A DNA stretch of 64,000 bases from Blasia pusilla (taxonomy: Eukaryota): the NCBI GenBank assembly GCA_050084515.1, contig CM114271.1, positions 25,606,001 through 25,670,000 on the forward strand, in the 5' to 3' direction. Of the stretch, positions 24,996-39,500 are shown one piece after another. The position numbers and the translations under genes were made by a program. The notes beneath the pieces are model-generated. The model worked only from the letters and a program-made list of their open reading frames with translations, did no database searches and was not told the DNA's origin. The first letter of the stretch is position 1. Each line of letters begins with the position of its first letter.

Positions 24996-27900
24996 GCCTC
25001 CAAGTAATATTCAACAGAACGTCTTTCCATGTGTCAAGTTGCAGAGTATGTTGCTGGAAGGATCTCACACTATGGTAGTGAGTGCTAGTGTAGGGATAAT
25101 GTTAGAAGTACAGTGCTTGTTGGCCAAGGACAATCATGTAGTGAGACTCATGGCTTTGGTAGCAAAAGGACAGGAGTGAAATCTTGAACATTTTAGAAGT
25201 GATGCAGATCACTGTACCAAACCATTTATATGTTACAGGGATAGTTGAGGCATTAGACATGTAGTGGGATGAAGCAGAACTGGGGAGAAGGCACCCAGTA
25301 TTTGCAGGACCAATGAGAGAAGCAATATGCTCATTTTTGTTCATGAGAGCCACTCCTTAACCTTTATTAGGGTAAGGTGAGTGAAAAAATTAGGGCCTTT
25401 TTGAAGGTCTAGTTACTGCATCCTCTTTGTGTGATTGTGTTTTGCTATCTCTATCTGATGGGTATTGCTGTTTGAGGCCATTACAACACATCAATCGTGG
25501 CACTAGCCATGGGTTTTGTGCTATTCGGATGAACTTTTACAGATGGAGCTCTCAACTTCTATTATCTTTAACCTTGTTTTCTGTTGGCAGTATTGTTTAC
25601 ATACCATCCAAGTGTTTTTTTTCGTCTTTTTTATGGAGAAGGATCTTGTTCTATTCTTTCTTTTGGCAATTCATGTACTCTGGCTTTTGTCAACCTTGTA
25701 GACTTCAGAGGAACCCTGTGGGTTTATATAATGATGGCAATTTGGCTCCAAATCTGGATTCATTTGTGGGTGTGGGTTTCATCATCAAACAGATGCTTTA
25801 TTCATTTGGCATTTATACTTGGGCTGACATGATGCTGGTTTCTGTGAGTTGAACGTAGTTGATATCGAGATCACATCAGAGTTTGTTTGCTTCTTTTGGT
25901 TTTAAGGCGTAAACCTTCCATGTATTGGCAGAGCATAGCTCTTTTAGAACGAAAGGTTTATACGGAAGTCTACAAAATCCAAAAGTATATCCTTTTAACA
26001 GATAGAGAAAGCAATATTAGTACTTGTTCATCTAGTAGTTGTTGTGGACACCCAAGGAAGGATTCAGCAAGTGTGGCACTCACGAAGAAGTGCGGAAGGT
26101 GATCAATGGAGTTAACTATGGAAATCAGAGAAGATGGGAATGGAAGGGTTTTCTGGAGTTGACTTGAGCATCATGACGCAGGATTACTGTAGTACTAATG
26201 TGTTGTAAGACTGCATTGGTACCTTAGCGTCTTTGATAGGTATCCCAGGATGTCTATCTAGAAAATGTATATATGATTATTAGAAGATTGATTTGTATTT
26301 TTCAATACTTTGGTCGCAAGTTGTGGTAAAATGGGAAGTTTGGTTGAATGACACATGACAAACAGGAATCGAGAAAAATATGATAGCTTTAGAAAGCCCT
26401 ATGCAATTTGAATCATGTAAATTAATTTACATTCCATGGATATTAGGGTATCTTACTAGTACTTGTGATTGAATAGAGATGCTAATGGTAGGTATTCATT
26501 GAGAAGAAATGTGTCTGAAGCTGCATTCTGCCTCCTACCTAAGCTTGTATTCATTCCCTCTTTATGGAGTCTTTGATACTACCTCAGTCATCGAACTTCA
26601 TCATCTGCGGAGAAAGGAACGACTAGAGGTCGGAAGGATGAACCTCATCAGTATCGGAAAGCTCAGTTTTGGATTGCTTATTGTTTCAAAATGGAAGCAC
26701 GGCTGTAGACTTCAAGAGATCAAACTGCTTTCCAGTGGATCTAAGGCACAAGATAGAAATTCTTAAAAGCACTAAATCTCTTCAATACGTGGCCACTTAC
26801 TACCCACATCACCATGGCCGCACTGTTCATTGCAGTTCCCTAATATTTCATGGCTGATGTGACCTGCACATGGATGATTTCTGCATCTGATGACTTCCCA
26901 GAATTTTCCCTTACCCTTAAAATTTACATCCTCTTCTACTGTTGTCGGACCTGAAATGTTAAAAAGCTATTGTGACCTAAAGCCGCTGACAATATCCCCA
27001 GCATGAGGCACACCACAAATATTTTCAAATGGTTTGTTTAATACTTGTTTGTGCCATGTGGAAGGAATCCTCTCTATCCCTTCGTGAAGGGTCCACTCGA
27101 TTCTGAACTACTCCTTTCTCATGAGAATTTTCCTTCACAGGGTAAGAATCTTGGCAGAGGGTAGGACTCAATGGAGGCCATGACAATCACTTGGCAGGCA
27201 TTGCAAGCGCCTCGGGTTCTGCAGAGCTTTAATGCAAGGCGGATATAGGGTTGTCCGGAGTCAAGGTCGTCGGAGTCGTTGAATGTGCGAACTTTTGAAT
27301 GTAGAATTTTAGAACATCCGCTTTGTCCGTCGGTGAAGGTGTGTGGTCTGTTTGGGAAGGAAGTTCATCCATGGACGGTCATGGTCCCGTGATGTACAAT
27401 GAGGTGCCCCGACATCTGGGCGAGATTGGGTTTGGACATTGCGGTTGTGCCGCGGAACTGCGAGATTTGGATCTAGGTCTAGATGAACCAGGTTTTATCA
27501 TTGTGCTGTTCTGAAGAGCGAGTTTGGCGAGACAAAAGCGCAATTCGGAGGAATTGTGGCGGAAGATGGGAACAGGGGAAGCTGCAGCAAGCGTGGGAGC
27601 GCATGAGTGTGGACGCCTTTTGTCGAATGGTTTCGGACATGGATAATTTCTCACACTATTAGGTGAGCTCTTTGTTTGGTGTGCAAGTTTCATGTTGCCA
27701 TTTCAAATTAATCAACGATGTTTTGTTCGCCTTTTCTTTGCCTTGAGCGAGTTTAGGGCTTAGGAGATGCACTTTGTGTCAATTTCTACCTGGACTTGCA
27801 AGGCATAAACAGATTTATTAGTGAATTTATGCCATTTGGGACTTTTTTGTGTGTCAAGTGCAATCATGGGCTTGTCACTCGAGGATCTGGGACCAATATA

Positions 27901-28369
27901 TATGTTGTACTCTAATTATTGACCACGAATTGGTTGAACTCTATTTATTTAGCGTTTTCTTGTGAATATTTGGTGAATTTTCTTCACCATGTCTAGGCCA
28001 TTAAAATTCATTTCAACTCTACCATGTGATGCTATTCAAAATCTTGATGATGGACCGTTCAACATGAATGCTCTCAACTTATATGGCCCTAGAAAGGAGG
28101 CCTGGAGAGAATCTCATGTTTCCCTGATTTTTTATCAAGAGAGGTGTGAATGGTCCATTAACACACTTCAAAATTTAGAGGTGTGACTTGAAGCACATTC
28201 AAGGGCCAACCATCTACTACTAGTGTGCATACGGACCACCAGATTGTAGTAAGATGGTTTGAAAGGATTTACCCCCTCGAAGCTTTAATGAAAATATTCG
28301 AAAGTAGGGCGAGAAGGGTTGTAGGCCAGAGACCAACTCATAGATAAAGATGGTAGGTATTGACATGAC

Positions 28370-29900
28370 GTTTTGGATGAGACTTCTACAATTTGTAATG
28401 CCAACCTAGCCCCAAAGTTGAGCTCTATTTGTCGAGACTTTGTGAAGCGTCTATTACGTGTGAGTATATCTCCTCACCGCATTTTGAAAATGCTTACAAA
28501 GTGGATCAAAGATTGTATGGAAGACAACAATTTTAGAAAGAACACTCTAGCAAGAGATGCCTTACTCACACATCAAGATAGTCTAAACATTAAGAATGCA
28601 ACGAGAAGATGATAAGACAAATACGATGGGATAGTTGATGCTTTAGTGGTTTAGATGTGGATTCAGAGACACCTGGATGATGTGTTGTTTTAAAAATACT
28701 TTGACTCTATCAATAATAAACCATTTGCTTTGTATTCTTAATATGGTGGATGCTATAGAATTTGGTTTGATTTGGAAACCATGGTGCCATAAGCATGGAT
28801 GTCATCCATTGAACCAACACGTACAAGGTGAGTTGCATACAAAACTTCATTCCTCTATATACTCCTTTCTTTAATCTCACATGTTCTGCTCACTACATGT
28901 GTAGTTGAACATAATATTTTTGTAGTGTTACTTCGGTTCTCCAAACAAATGGTATTCTCCTTCTCATTCATAATACTATGTTCCTGCACGTATAGAGGCG
29001 AAACAGACTCAGGTCAAAAATGTCATATTAAACTAACTTTTTTTTATCTCTTGTATGAAAGTATCAATTGTTAACCTTACTTGGTTTTGACTCATTCCAA
29101 AATGGTCTACCTATGGTTTGGGCAATTCTCCAACGCTAAGACATTTTGGAAGTTCTCACGAGCATTAAAGTTCGAGTGGAAGTTGTGACTTTAGTTGTTG
29201 GACAAGAGAGTAGATGATTCCAAGGAAGAATAATCTGGCATTAGGGAAGTATTCCCAGAATTTCCTATCCATCTATGTAAATAGCAAGTGAAAAAGACTT
29301 GACTAAGTCAACTCCATCAATGTATTATGTGTCCAATCACTAAAGCACAAATGAATGAAGATCTTGGCAAAGTCATGTTCATCCGCAATGGTGGTATGTG
29401 TATGTGTAACCACTAACCACTGGCCCATTTACCTTCCTACCTACAAACATTGCATTCTAGTGTACACTACATATCTTTTAGGTAACAAAGTTGGCAGGTT
29501 TATTGCAGATCTAGCCCATGATCCTATTAAGTTCATCCAGAAATATGCAAATTCAAATCTGAGCTTTTTAAAAGATTATTGGCATCGCAAATTTTCCAAA
29601 TGGGCAAAGGGCTATCACAACAAAGCCAAATTGGTCCAAGATACAAATGCACAATTACAAAGGTTGTATGCCACCTTGAAAACGATCTTTGCGCAAGGAA
29701 GCCGTGGAAGGATGCTTGATCCATTATTTGGCTACTATCCATTGTAACAAATGAAATTGAAGACTTTTCTTGGTATATGGCCCTCTTTTAATTCCAAGGC
29801 TAGGGTTCAGAACAAGGACATTCACAAAGTAATGACCATGGCCATAAAGAATGCAAAACCCATTCATGATGAACACGTTGTGTTTGAAAATCACGAAGGT
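28370..29900 (+). mobile_element. Decayed Mutator-like (MULE) transposase
   Basis: LTLLGFDSFQNGLPMVWAIL (~29071), DDSKEE*SGIREVFPEFPIHLCK*QVKKT* (~29213; MULE D...VFP...LC.WH motif) and WAKGY...QDTNAQLQRLYATLK. Multiple stops; TIRs not found. Confidence 0.8.
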
Positions 29901-31359
29901 AGAAAATATGGGAAAGCAAGGGTATGGATTCATAGGGGGATCCACCAATGCCGTAATGATCAAGGACGGGAGACGAAGCGACATAGACATGCAAGCCATG
30001 TGTTTGATGGCATTGAAGGGTTTATCCCAATTGAATGATTAACTACTCAAAGTATTATTCAATGGTATTTCCTCAATCGAGACCCCTCAATACCTTGCTC
30101 CACTCGGCATAATACCACTATCAATGCTCGAACTATCCAATTCGTCATAACCCTAGAAGAACGTCGTAATGATAACATTGACTCCCACGCTCAAGCACTT
30201 ATTGAGAGTCTCTTGCACTCCTTACTAGGTTACCTATGCTAATGCTAATCTCGTGATAACACACGCAACCTCACGCACACTCAATCACTCGGGGAGCACC
30301 CTGAGCCTCCCATACTAGTCCACATAGGCCATGATAATCTCGGGTCATATATATGACCCTACTTGAGAAACCAAGCTATATCCATAAATGCGCTAAATGT
30401 GTAGGGAGTTTACACTAAACACCATCACACGAGCTCTACATTATACCCAACACCCTTAATGACACAAGACCAAGTGTAGAAAAATGACTTGAATGTACAA
30501 CCTAGACACACAATTCCTCACTCTACTGCATGGTTGATACTGGCTACTCTATGCGGTGCAACAACCTCTACGACATGATTATTTCCTTAAATAGCACGTA
30601 AAAACTCCCATTAATAAATGTAGACTACTCGTCGGTATTGACGCGTGTGTCATCAGCTCTAGAATTCAGTTGCAAATGGTTAGTGGAAATCACTAATCTT
30701 GGCCCCAATTGGCATGGTACTAGCGAGTAAAAACTCTTTCAATCTCTCACAATGGACTAGGAATCCCGATGAAAGTCATAAACCCTGCTTCCGCCCGAAG
30801 CACCAAGTTGTGAAACAACTCAAGAAATCTCTCCAACCAACCTCCAGGTAGACCAAATAGCCTAGACTCAACCACATCAACCGATCTACCACAACTTCCT
30901 CTGACCAACTGTGTTTCCCACTTAGCGTGCGTTTCTAAGGCCTCGAAGGCTGACCATGCTTTTGCCCTACATCAACCCCAATAGGGTATGAATTCAGTAG
31001 ATTTTGTGAGGTGTATGATGGGGTATGTAGTGAGAGGAGTTAGGCCTACACCATGAGTCGTTAGACTAGATGGAGATGATGGGGGTGATGACGATGAAAT
31101 GGTAAATATCATAGGTGGTAGAGGGACACTTAGTTTCAGTCCTACAATGGATCTCTTGTGATGTGGGGAGGAACAGCCAAGGTGTGTGGACCAACAAGCT
31201 AAAGAGTCTATAAGATTTTTATGAGAGATCCGATGAGAAGCTACTAGAGGAGTTCATGGGTATGTAGCAAGTGGTCATTGCCACTCACGGAGTGAATGCG
31301 GCATGGGAAGTTTAGTATTGGTATGGGATTTTCGATCAAGAGTTTGGGAAGATACAATT

Positions 31360-31520
31360 TCCTACAAGTTCTACAAGCTTGAGGTATGTTGTATGGATTT
31401 TGGATCAAGTGCAACCACTATGTTAGTATGTGATGGGTATTCGAGAGGATGGCATATGGCATGCTTGACGCCACCTCACGCTAAAAGTTCCATTGATGGA
31501 TGGTCTTGAGTAGGTGTGTG
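31360..31520 (+). mobile_element. PHD-finger remnant from the C-terminus of a Ty3/gypsy pol
   Basis: MLVCDGYSRGWHMACLTPP...DGW matches the PHD core and is homologous to the PHD downstream of the integrase at 55575-55712. Confidence 0.75.
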
Positions 31521-34500
31521 ACATTAACGATGGGGCCACATGACGACATCCAGAGATGTATGTGTAGGTAGGGATAGAGGGCTAAGGATTTAGCTCCACA
31601 TGGTGATTTGAGATATTTTGGTACTTTTTGTCTCATTTTTGGATGCCATGATGGGAGATGTGTGTATGTTTGGTGACAACAATGTATGTGGCGAGAAGAC
31701 TATTCTTTTAGGATAGATGGGGTGAGACAAGCCAAGTGAGTAATTGCCACTCAGAGGAGGTTGAGGATGACGTGAGACCCCTGAAAGGCAGAGTTTCCCT
31801 TTTTTTGTCTTATCACTTATAGAGGAACCCATTTCAAGTTTTATTGTAAACTAAACTAGCTGGTGTGGACTTATCACCCTCAAATTGATTTCCAATCGTT
31901 TACATTGTGGATATAACATTGGAGGATAAAAAGGATGGGACTCATTGTTATCCTTAGTAGAGTTCTCATACAATAACTCCATGAACTCTTCCAAAGCCCA
32001 CGTTTTTTTAATTGCAAACATCCCTTAATTCCTCCTGGTCTCACTCGAATAGAGAAAGTTTGAGGGAACCTACAAAGGTATGCAATTAATGAGTTTTTAG
32101 ATTCAGAAAGGGGTTCAACAGTTGGGTGCCCAAAATCAACAAAAACATGTAAATCGAGATGTCAAGTTTTTGAAGACCAAAGATTCCAACAACCAATTTA
32201 TTAGTCGGAATAGAATCCATGGGCTTATATGGTGGATTTAGCTCAACATGGGTGAGGAGCATGTTGTGACCACAAGATTCCTACAAGAGTCAATAGATCC
32301 ATGGGTGCCGGTAGCCCCACATGTGTCTCAACGTGCACATGTGCCACGAGAGTGGAATGGCATGCCTAGAGAGTAGAGCAAGTGTCGTGAGCCAATGCGG
32401 AACAACAAAATTCTATTAGGCTCATATGAGGATGGAAGCACTTTTGAGTCTCATGTATGAGACCTAAGCTGTAAGAGCAAGATGTGAGCCTTGATGGAAA
32501 TCTCAAAAGATGGGGTTTATGACCTAGTAGAGTATGACCAAACATTAAGCGGGACTTGAGACAAGCTTAAGTCTCACAAGAGCTGGGCGCTAAGGGGATA
32601 ATAACCTAGCTTGGAACTTGACTAAGTGTTTGCAATTATGGGTTTTTGATGTTTGAGATCCTTATGACTAGACCCAAGATGTGTTAAAGATGAATACGAT
32701 GGTGTTAGAAAACTTTTATAAACCAATTCCAATCCACTAAAAATCCAAACAAACGTATGAGTAAAGATATAGAAGCCATTCCCGAATATCACAATAGAAG
32801 GAGTGGCCCAAGAGGACTTCCCTAGATGCAAGGAGGGTTGGGAATAACTAGAACCATATATAAGGGGATGAGTCTCTTAAACCCCATTTTGAGAATCGTG
32901 GGGATGAACCAACGACATGAGATGGATTGAAAGGTTGGCATTGGGATTTTGACACCAAACCAAATCTTGGTGGACCAATTACGGACATTAGACTTGAACC
33001 TTGACATGTGACTCAAATATTGAGTCTTGGTTAGAGACTCATTCAAGGTCTATTAGACAATTGGGACTGTTAGGCGCGCTAGTGCCATTTGAAGTCAGTA
33101 GACTATCAAGGAATTGAACGGAGACCAAGACTTGGGAGACACAATGTTGGTTGACCCAAATTGTAGTTAATGTGAGTATGATTGGGTGCAGATTAGTAAG
33201 GATACCATCACCTGCTAAATGCAGGCTTCTCCGACATACGTATAAGACCGTCGTTCAAGGGAGTATATATGTGCATGACACTAGGCAATAGCATTCATGA
33301 TGGGATATGTGCCCACCCCTTCACGTACACAAGGAAAACAACTGGTTGCATCGTATGTTGGTTTGTCTAGTTCATGAGCTATCCTTCGTCCAACTGTTAT
33401 GAAAATAATGCCATCATAGCTAAAATAATTAAGGCTTAGACTCGCTTGGAACCTCCCTTCCATTCCTTTGCGGTTCTAGATGAACCTTGCCCTTTCCTTT
33501 TGGACTTAGCATGAAGCTCCTTCCTTACCTGAGCTCACCTCAAACTTTTGTCTTAAGAAAGAGTAAAGTTGGTCATATTCGTTTTGGATATACTAGACCC
33601 TATACACTTCAATTATATTTCCATGCTCCTTGCTCAAGTGACCATAGCTCTCTTCAATAAACAACGCATAAGCCACATCTCTACTACTATAGGAGGATTC
33701 AATTAGAGACAAATCCCTCCAGTGGATGACATATGTCCTCTTAGACAAGGTTAGAGAGTGACACGCATTGCAAGCACGTGCATGTTTAATTTTTAGACGT
33801 GCGGCTTTCGACGAATAGGTATGAAAAATTCCATATACAAACAATGTAGCTTTCACAAAATTCTAGATAAGACGGATCTAAGCCATAGCTATCCATGTAA
33901 TGCAATTTTGGGTGCTCTGCGACATCTTGAGGGATCGTCCCCCATTGAGCTTGAAGGTGATTTTCTGCCCAAATTGCTAAACCCTATGCATGTGCATGAA
34001 TTTGTATCTTTGTCAGCTTCAAATGATTCGAGCCAAATCCTATCACAATCCATTAGTCCGGAGCTGTAGTAGGCAAAGACTGCACTCTTGAGTTGGGCGC
34101 GATTCAAGACAATGGAGCTGATCAACATTTCTAGTTTGATCAGTTCTTTTCATGGCTATCATCCCACGGAATCTTTGGTCCATAAAGGAAATGTGTGGTT
34201 TCTTGCTATTTCTTCAGTTTATGCATCGGGCCTTATGGCATGCATTCAAGCACATACTCTACCAAATTGCGTTGTTCAAAACTACGGTTTAGTAAAATGA
34301 TGCTCGGGCTCCTTTTCTGTAAATAGAATGTCTTATGTATGCCATTCGTGTACTCTATAGTTGTAAACTATGTTAGCCTGAGAGCGTTGAGCATCTGTCA
34401 ATAGTATCATCTAGGATAGCATCGTCATTGGTAAGAATAGAGAATGTATATTAAACAAAGTAATTATGGCATTATATTACAAATATTACTTAGTGTGCAA

Positions 34501-36599
34501 TGTTGATCTGCATGATAAGCTAGTTTCTGTCAAGAACTAAGGTATATAGTCTCCACGATGGCCAAGCGCACTATTGGGTGACACTGAGTATTGTAGAATT
34601 GGTCACTCGTATTATTCACATAGACTCTGACTGTGTGCGTTAAACCCGATACGGGTATCCTTCTGGTTTTCAAAAACTCTGTAAACTTACGCTTTTTAGT
34701 TTTACACGGACGGTTTAGCATTAGATCATACTCTCAGCAGACGCCTATGGAGTGTTGTCAAAATCAGTTGTGGGTTGCTGATATGCTTTTTCAGCCTTTA
34801 GCAAATACACTTATGGACATTCCAACTCTACTCATGACAAACATTTATATTACTTAGTATTCTCATAATATACTTTTGCTCTGATTACAAAAGCAGTTGG
34901 CACTCCATATACTTGTTAAGAATTTCTAAAAATTTCCACATGTTGGATGTGCTTTTCTGGTCAAGGACGTAGAAAAGACAAGTCCACAAGTACGGTAAAG
35001 TCTAGCCTTCTTCTAAACTATGTTTGTGCATTCTTATTTTTATAATTCAATTTTTTTCCATTTCAAGGTATATGTATCGTGTCAGTGCGTTGTGTTTGAT
35101 GTGTTGCACTTTAACTTTCATTCATTGTCATATAAGCTCTTATCTAAAGTAAGCTTTACTTCATAGGTTGCCTTTATATAGAATTGCAGAAGTAGACCGG
35201 GACTTGATATGACTTGTTTGAGATTGTAAGTTAAAGCCCTATAGACACACTAGTAAATATGAGGTTTACAACGTCTTCCTCCATGATCAACACAAAGGTA
35301 TTTTGTCTTCCATGGCTTATGCTGCAGTAAATTACATCAAAGCTACTAGTTTGGTAAGACCTATATCCTCAAAAACACATATCATTTCAGATATTTATTT
35401 CTTAGAACCATTTAGATTTCGATTATATGTTGACACTTCAATACCAAACAAAGTATTGATTCACGACACATAAGAGAATCAAGCTGTTGTTGTTATTGAG
35501 CTAAATATATATCTCTAGTCTAGCTCACCCCTTATCATCTTAAGTGTGTCCATGAGACTAGCTTAACACAATCAGTTTCATTGAATACATACTAGCCTTT
35601 GTAACACATATTGAGCTTCAAGGACTAAAAGTGGCTTAAGCAATGAGCCTACACATACATACTTTTCCAAGTCAGTCTACCTAATTATTGTTTATTCTCT
35701 GACACAGTGTGACCTAATATATTATGCTCTAGTGTAGTTCTCTCCCTGATTGTATTTACATAGTGTTTAACCAATTCTAACATCTAGTTTTCTTGACCAA
35801 CAAGAAGAACTACAATTGTTTTGGGACACACAATGACCTATTGTCTCCAACAATTTGAAATGCTCAGATCGTATCGTAATTCCTACACTTATTCCATTCC
35901 AAACATACCCTATTCTATAGAGGACTTTAATGTGAGCCAGAGAAAGTAATTCACCCAAACTCTCAAAAAATACCATCAATTTCCACCTTGCACTGCCTGA
36001 ACATCCTCACACTAGAAACCCACATGTAAGCCAGTACCAAGCATAAATCTTCCTAACACCAATTATTTCTTACTTGCTCTAATATTCATATCTACTGAGC
36101 AAAAAGCCACTTGTAAGTGTGTATCATAAAAAAAAGTCATCTTAATAGGGTTTTGCTCATTTGGAGCACTAGGCTATAAGATAGTTATACATTCTATGAC
36201 AGAAATGATAAGATTCATGTTTATTGTTGAATCTCTGTCTAGGCTTGCCATAAATGAATGTGGAGATCTATTTTAAAAAAGTGATGTGGATTCATCCATT
36301 CGTATCCATTGCATGTCAATGCATTATTAAGACACAAGCTTACACCTTGTTTATATAAGATTATACTTCCATTTCTGCCAAATTTGTGAGTAAATTCATC
36401 AAATATTATACATTCAAGTTACTCGAAGACCATGGTTAGGGACAAAGTTCACAAAATATCCTCAAGAAAAAAGGAAACAGTCCCACTTCCAATGCAAGGA
36501 AGTTCTTCCCCACTTCAGTTAATTGTTTATTAAAACTTACGGAAGAAGAACTTCATAACATCCTTCACTTTATGTGATAAGAGACTAACCAGATGTAGA

Positions 36600-39500
36600 T
36601 CATCTATACGTGAAAAGGTGAGTGTGAGAAAAAAATTTGATGTGATTACCACAATGTACTACTCATTGATTATTGGCAGATACATATTTTCTCAATGGCA
36701 CGCACTATGTTCTGCCATGATGAAGCAAATGCAGTGTTGTGGTTATTGTGGGATAGTGCTTTTCAATAATCCACGCAATAAGATGGGTGTTGTTCACTCA
36801 AGCAGTCCTCCACTTTATGCCTTATATAATGGGTTCTTAAGGGAGTACATTATACCTCAATTACATCATTGTTATGTTTGTGACACATACATTTCTAGTG
36901 AACCCATGATACGTTTAAACGTATACATGACTCTGTCTTATATTCGTACTATTGTAGGTGTAGTTCCATTAAAATTATAAATACTCTCCATAGTAGATTC
37001 AAGAATTGGGATAGAAAGTAAATTCAAGGGATTCCCTAAGGGTTTCTTCACAATATCTTCCATGCTGGATTCTCCTTGGATAAGGTTTAACATTAATTAT
37101 AGCCTAGATACTTTGTAGGATTTGTTTTTCCGAGCCTTAAAACAAATACTATCCATAAATTTCCACACAAATGAGTTGTACAAAGTCTATTTAACACTCT
37201 TAGAGCTACCAAATCCATCTTGTGGGTTGGTTATCCTACAAGAATCATTTGTTCAATCTATAACAAGTCCATCTTAGCTTAAGGGTCAGATTACACACAA
37301 CATGGATTAAAACCCATATCACCTTGATTTAAATGTCCTACAAGATATCTCATACTCGGTTCCTGTGAAAAGAAGAAAGTCTACTCACATATTTGATAGT
37401 GGTAGTCTTTCATTACGGTCATCTTCAAGCTTGCATAAAACATTTCTTACTGATTCCTTTGGATGTTCTTTAAATTCTAAGTTGACAATAGAGACACGCT
37501 TGTTTCCATTTTTATTTCCCTTCTTACATGGGTTCCATAGTGGTCATTCCATATTTTCAGACTATATACGCAATAGATCTAAACAATTATTCTGCATGTT
37601 TTCTCGCTACAAGCCCTACACTCTACGTATGTACAAATTACGCCAATCTATTGTTGTATGTTCAACAAGTAGAACATTCATAGTAGACATAGAGCTCTCC
37701 AAACTTAGAAAAGATAAACCTCAATTGAAAGAGAAAGAGTTATACAAGCACATATCTAAGTATTCCATTAGTCCACAACTACCAAATAGTCCTTCTTGGC
37801 ACAAGAGGCATCTGAAGGATTTAAAAGTAATGGTGCATAAGTGGGAAATGCTCCACTTCTTTCTCACCTTAACATCTGATGAAGCCTTACCCACACAATA
37901 GCCTAAAGTTGATGATGTGCAGAATTTAGTTATAAAATTTAACAAAGACTTTACATGGCATGATGCACCATCAAAATGTGCTCAGCTTTTTCACATACGC
38001 CTCATGATATGCTTATTTGAGTTCATTCTCTTTGGTCCACAACTTCTCCGTAGAGTTCAAGACTACTTGTTCACATATGAGTTATAGAACAGGGGGAGCC
38101 TCCACTATTATATGATCATATGGGTAGACAATGCTGATGTTGATAATATGAGATTTTTTGTTATATTTCGTATAATCCACTTGAACCATTTCGTTCTTTA
38201 GTACCAAGTACAAAAATTAACACATAACTATTCTCTCAGATTATGTGGTTACTAAACAACTACATAAATACAAAGATAGTATTTGCATTGTGAGGAAAAG
38301 ACACAATAAACCATTATGTAGATTAGGCTTTCCTGTTAGTCCTAATTTGCAAACAACACCCTTTGTTGATCCCCAAATCATGAGATGGACATGAGATGGA
38401 CTTACCAACACTCCAACACCGCAATGTAATACCTTACCATCCATTGATACTTCTTTTATGGGAAGCTTACATGAACATTCATAGGGTTACAAGTATTGAC
38501 TGGTCATTCTACCTCCTCAAGTATGCTTTGAAATCAGAGCCCACTGGTTCTCTTGACAAAGACATTGAGAGAGCGCGTTGTTTAGGTTTTGAATCCTTAG
38601 ATGAGATCAAATTGAAACTTATATCAGGAGTAGTATTGAATCTCTCTGTCTCTTCAACCGAAGTTGCACGTACATCTATGTAGATCCCAATAATATACAG
38701 ATCTCAAGTTGTTCACTACATTGAGAGTAATCCACCAAGTAGAAGAAATTTGTTGTATAAAAATGTTTTAGTTCCATGCATACATCCAACAATTCTTTAC
38801 TCAAATAGGCCTTCTGCACTTGAAGAACTTACATTCATATAGTACTGGTCAAAATATGAAAATTTCAAATTATATCCTATAAAATTGAATAATGTAGTTG
38901 GAATAGACAATCTGGGTAATATAGTCCGTAAGACAACAAGAATTGTAAGATTCATAGAATTCCACCCTTTGTATCAATGGAATGAATTCTCTTACATGAC
39001 ATTAATAGCTCGTATTCCATTTTGTTGTGAGTCCACATTGATGTCATCCAATATGTCATTGTGGATGTACATTTGTGAGTGTGTCTATAGAAATATACTT
39101 ACAAGTCTAGATGATGTCCATGATCTTATTAAAAATAATGCATTTTATAACCTGTGGAGTAGTGCTCACATGGTAGAAATACTTGCTAAGACTCTCAATG
39201 TTCTCAAGCCTTAATTTGAATTGGACATCAACCAAATGTTAACTCTATCCTCAGACCAGCCCACAACGCCTACAGTTCCAAAGGACGTTCCATGTGAAAC
39301 TTAGACATTGCTGTTCTTAATGAAGAACATTAGTTGTTATTCACAAAATTATCAACACAACAATCAGGACCTGTTATTCTCAAAGGGCCATCAGGGTCTG
39401 GAAAAAGATTTTTCATATTCTTCATGTATTCTTAGTGGAAATCTGCACATATCCACATATCAACTAACAACTCCAGTTAGGCAATTGAAAGATAGAGAAG

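Noticed and set aside
26620-26655. CTGATGAG on the minus strand as a hammerhead core
   Set aside because: No GAAA after the putative stem II.
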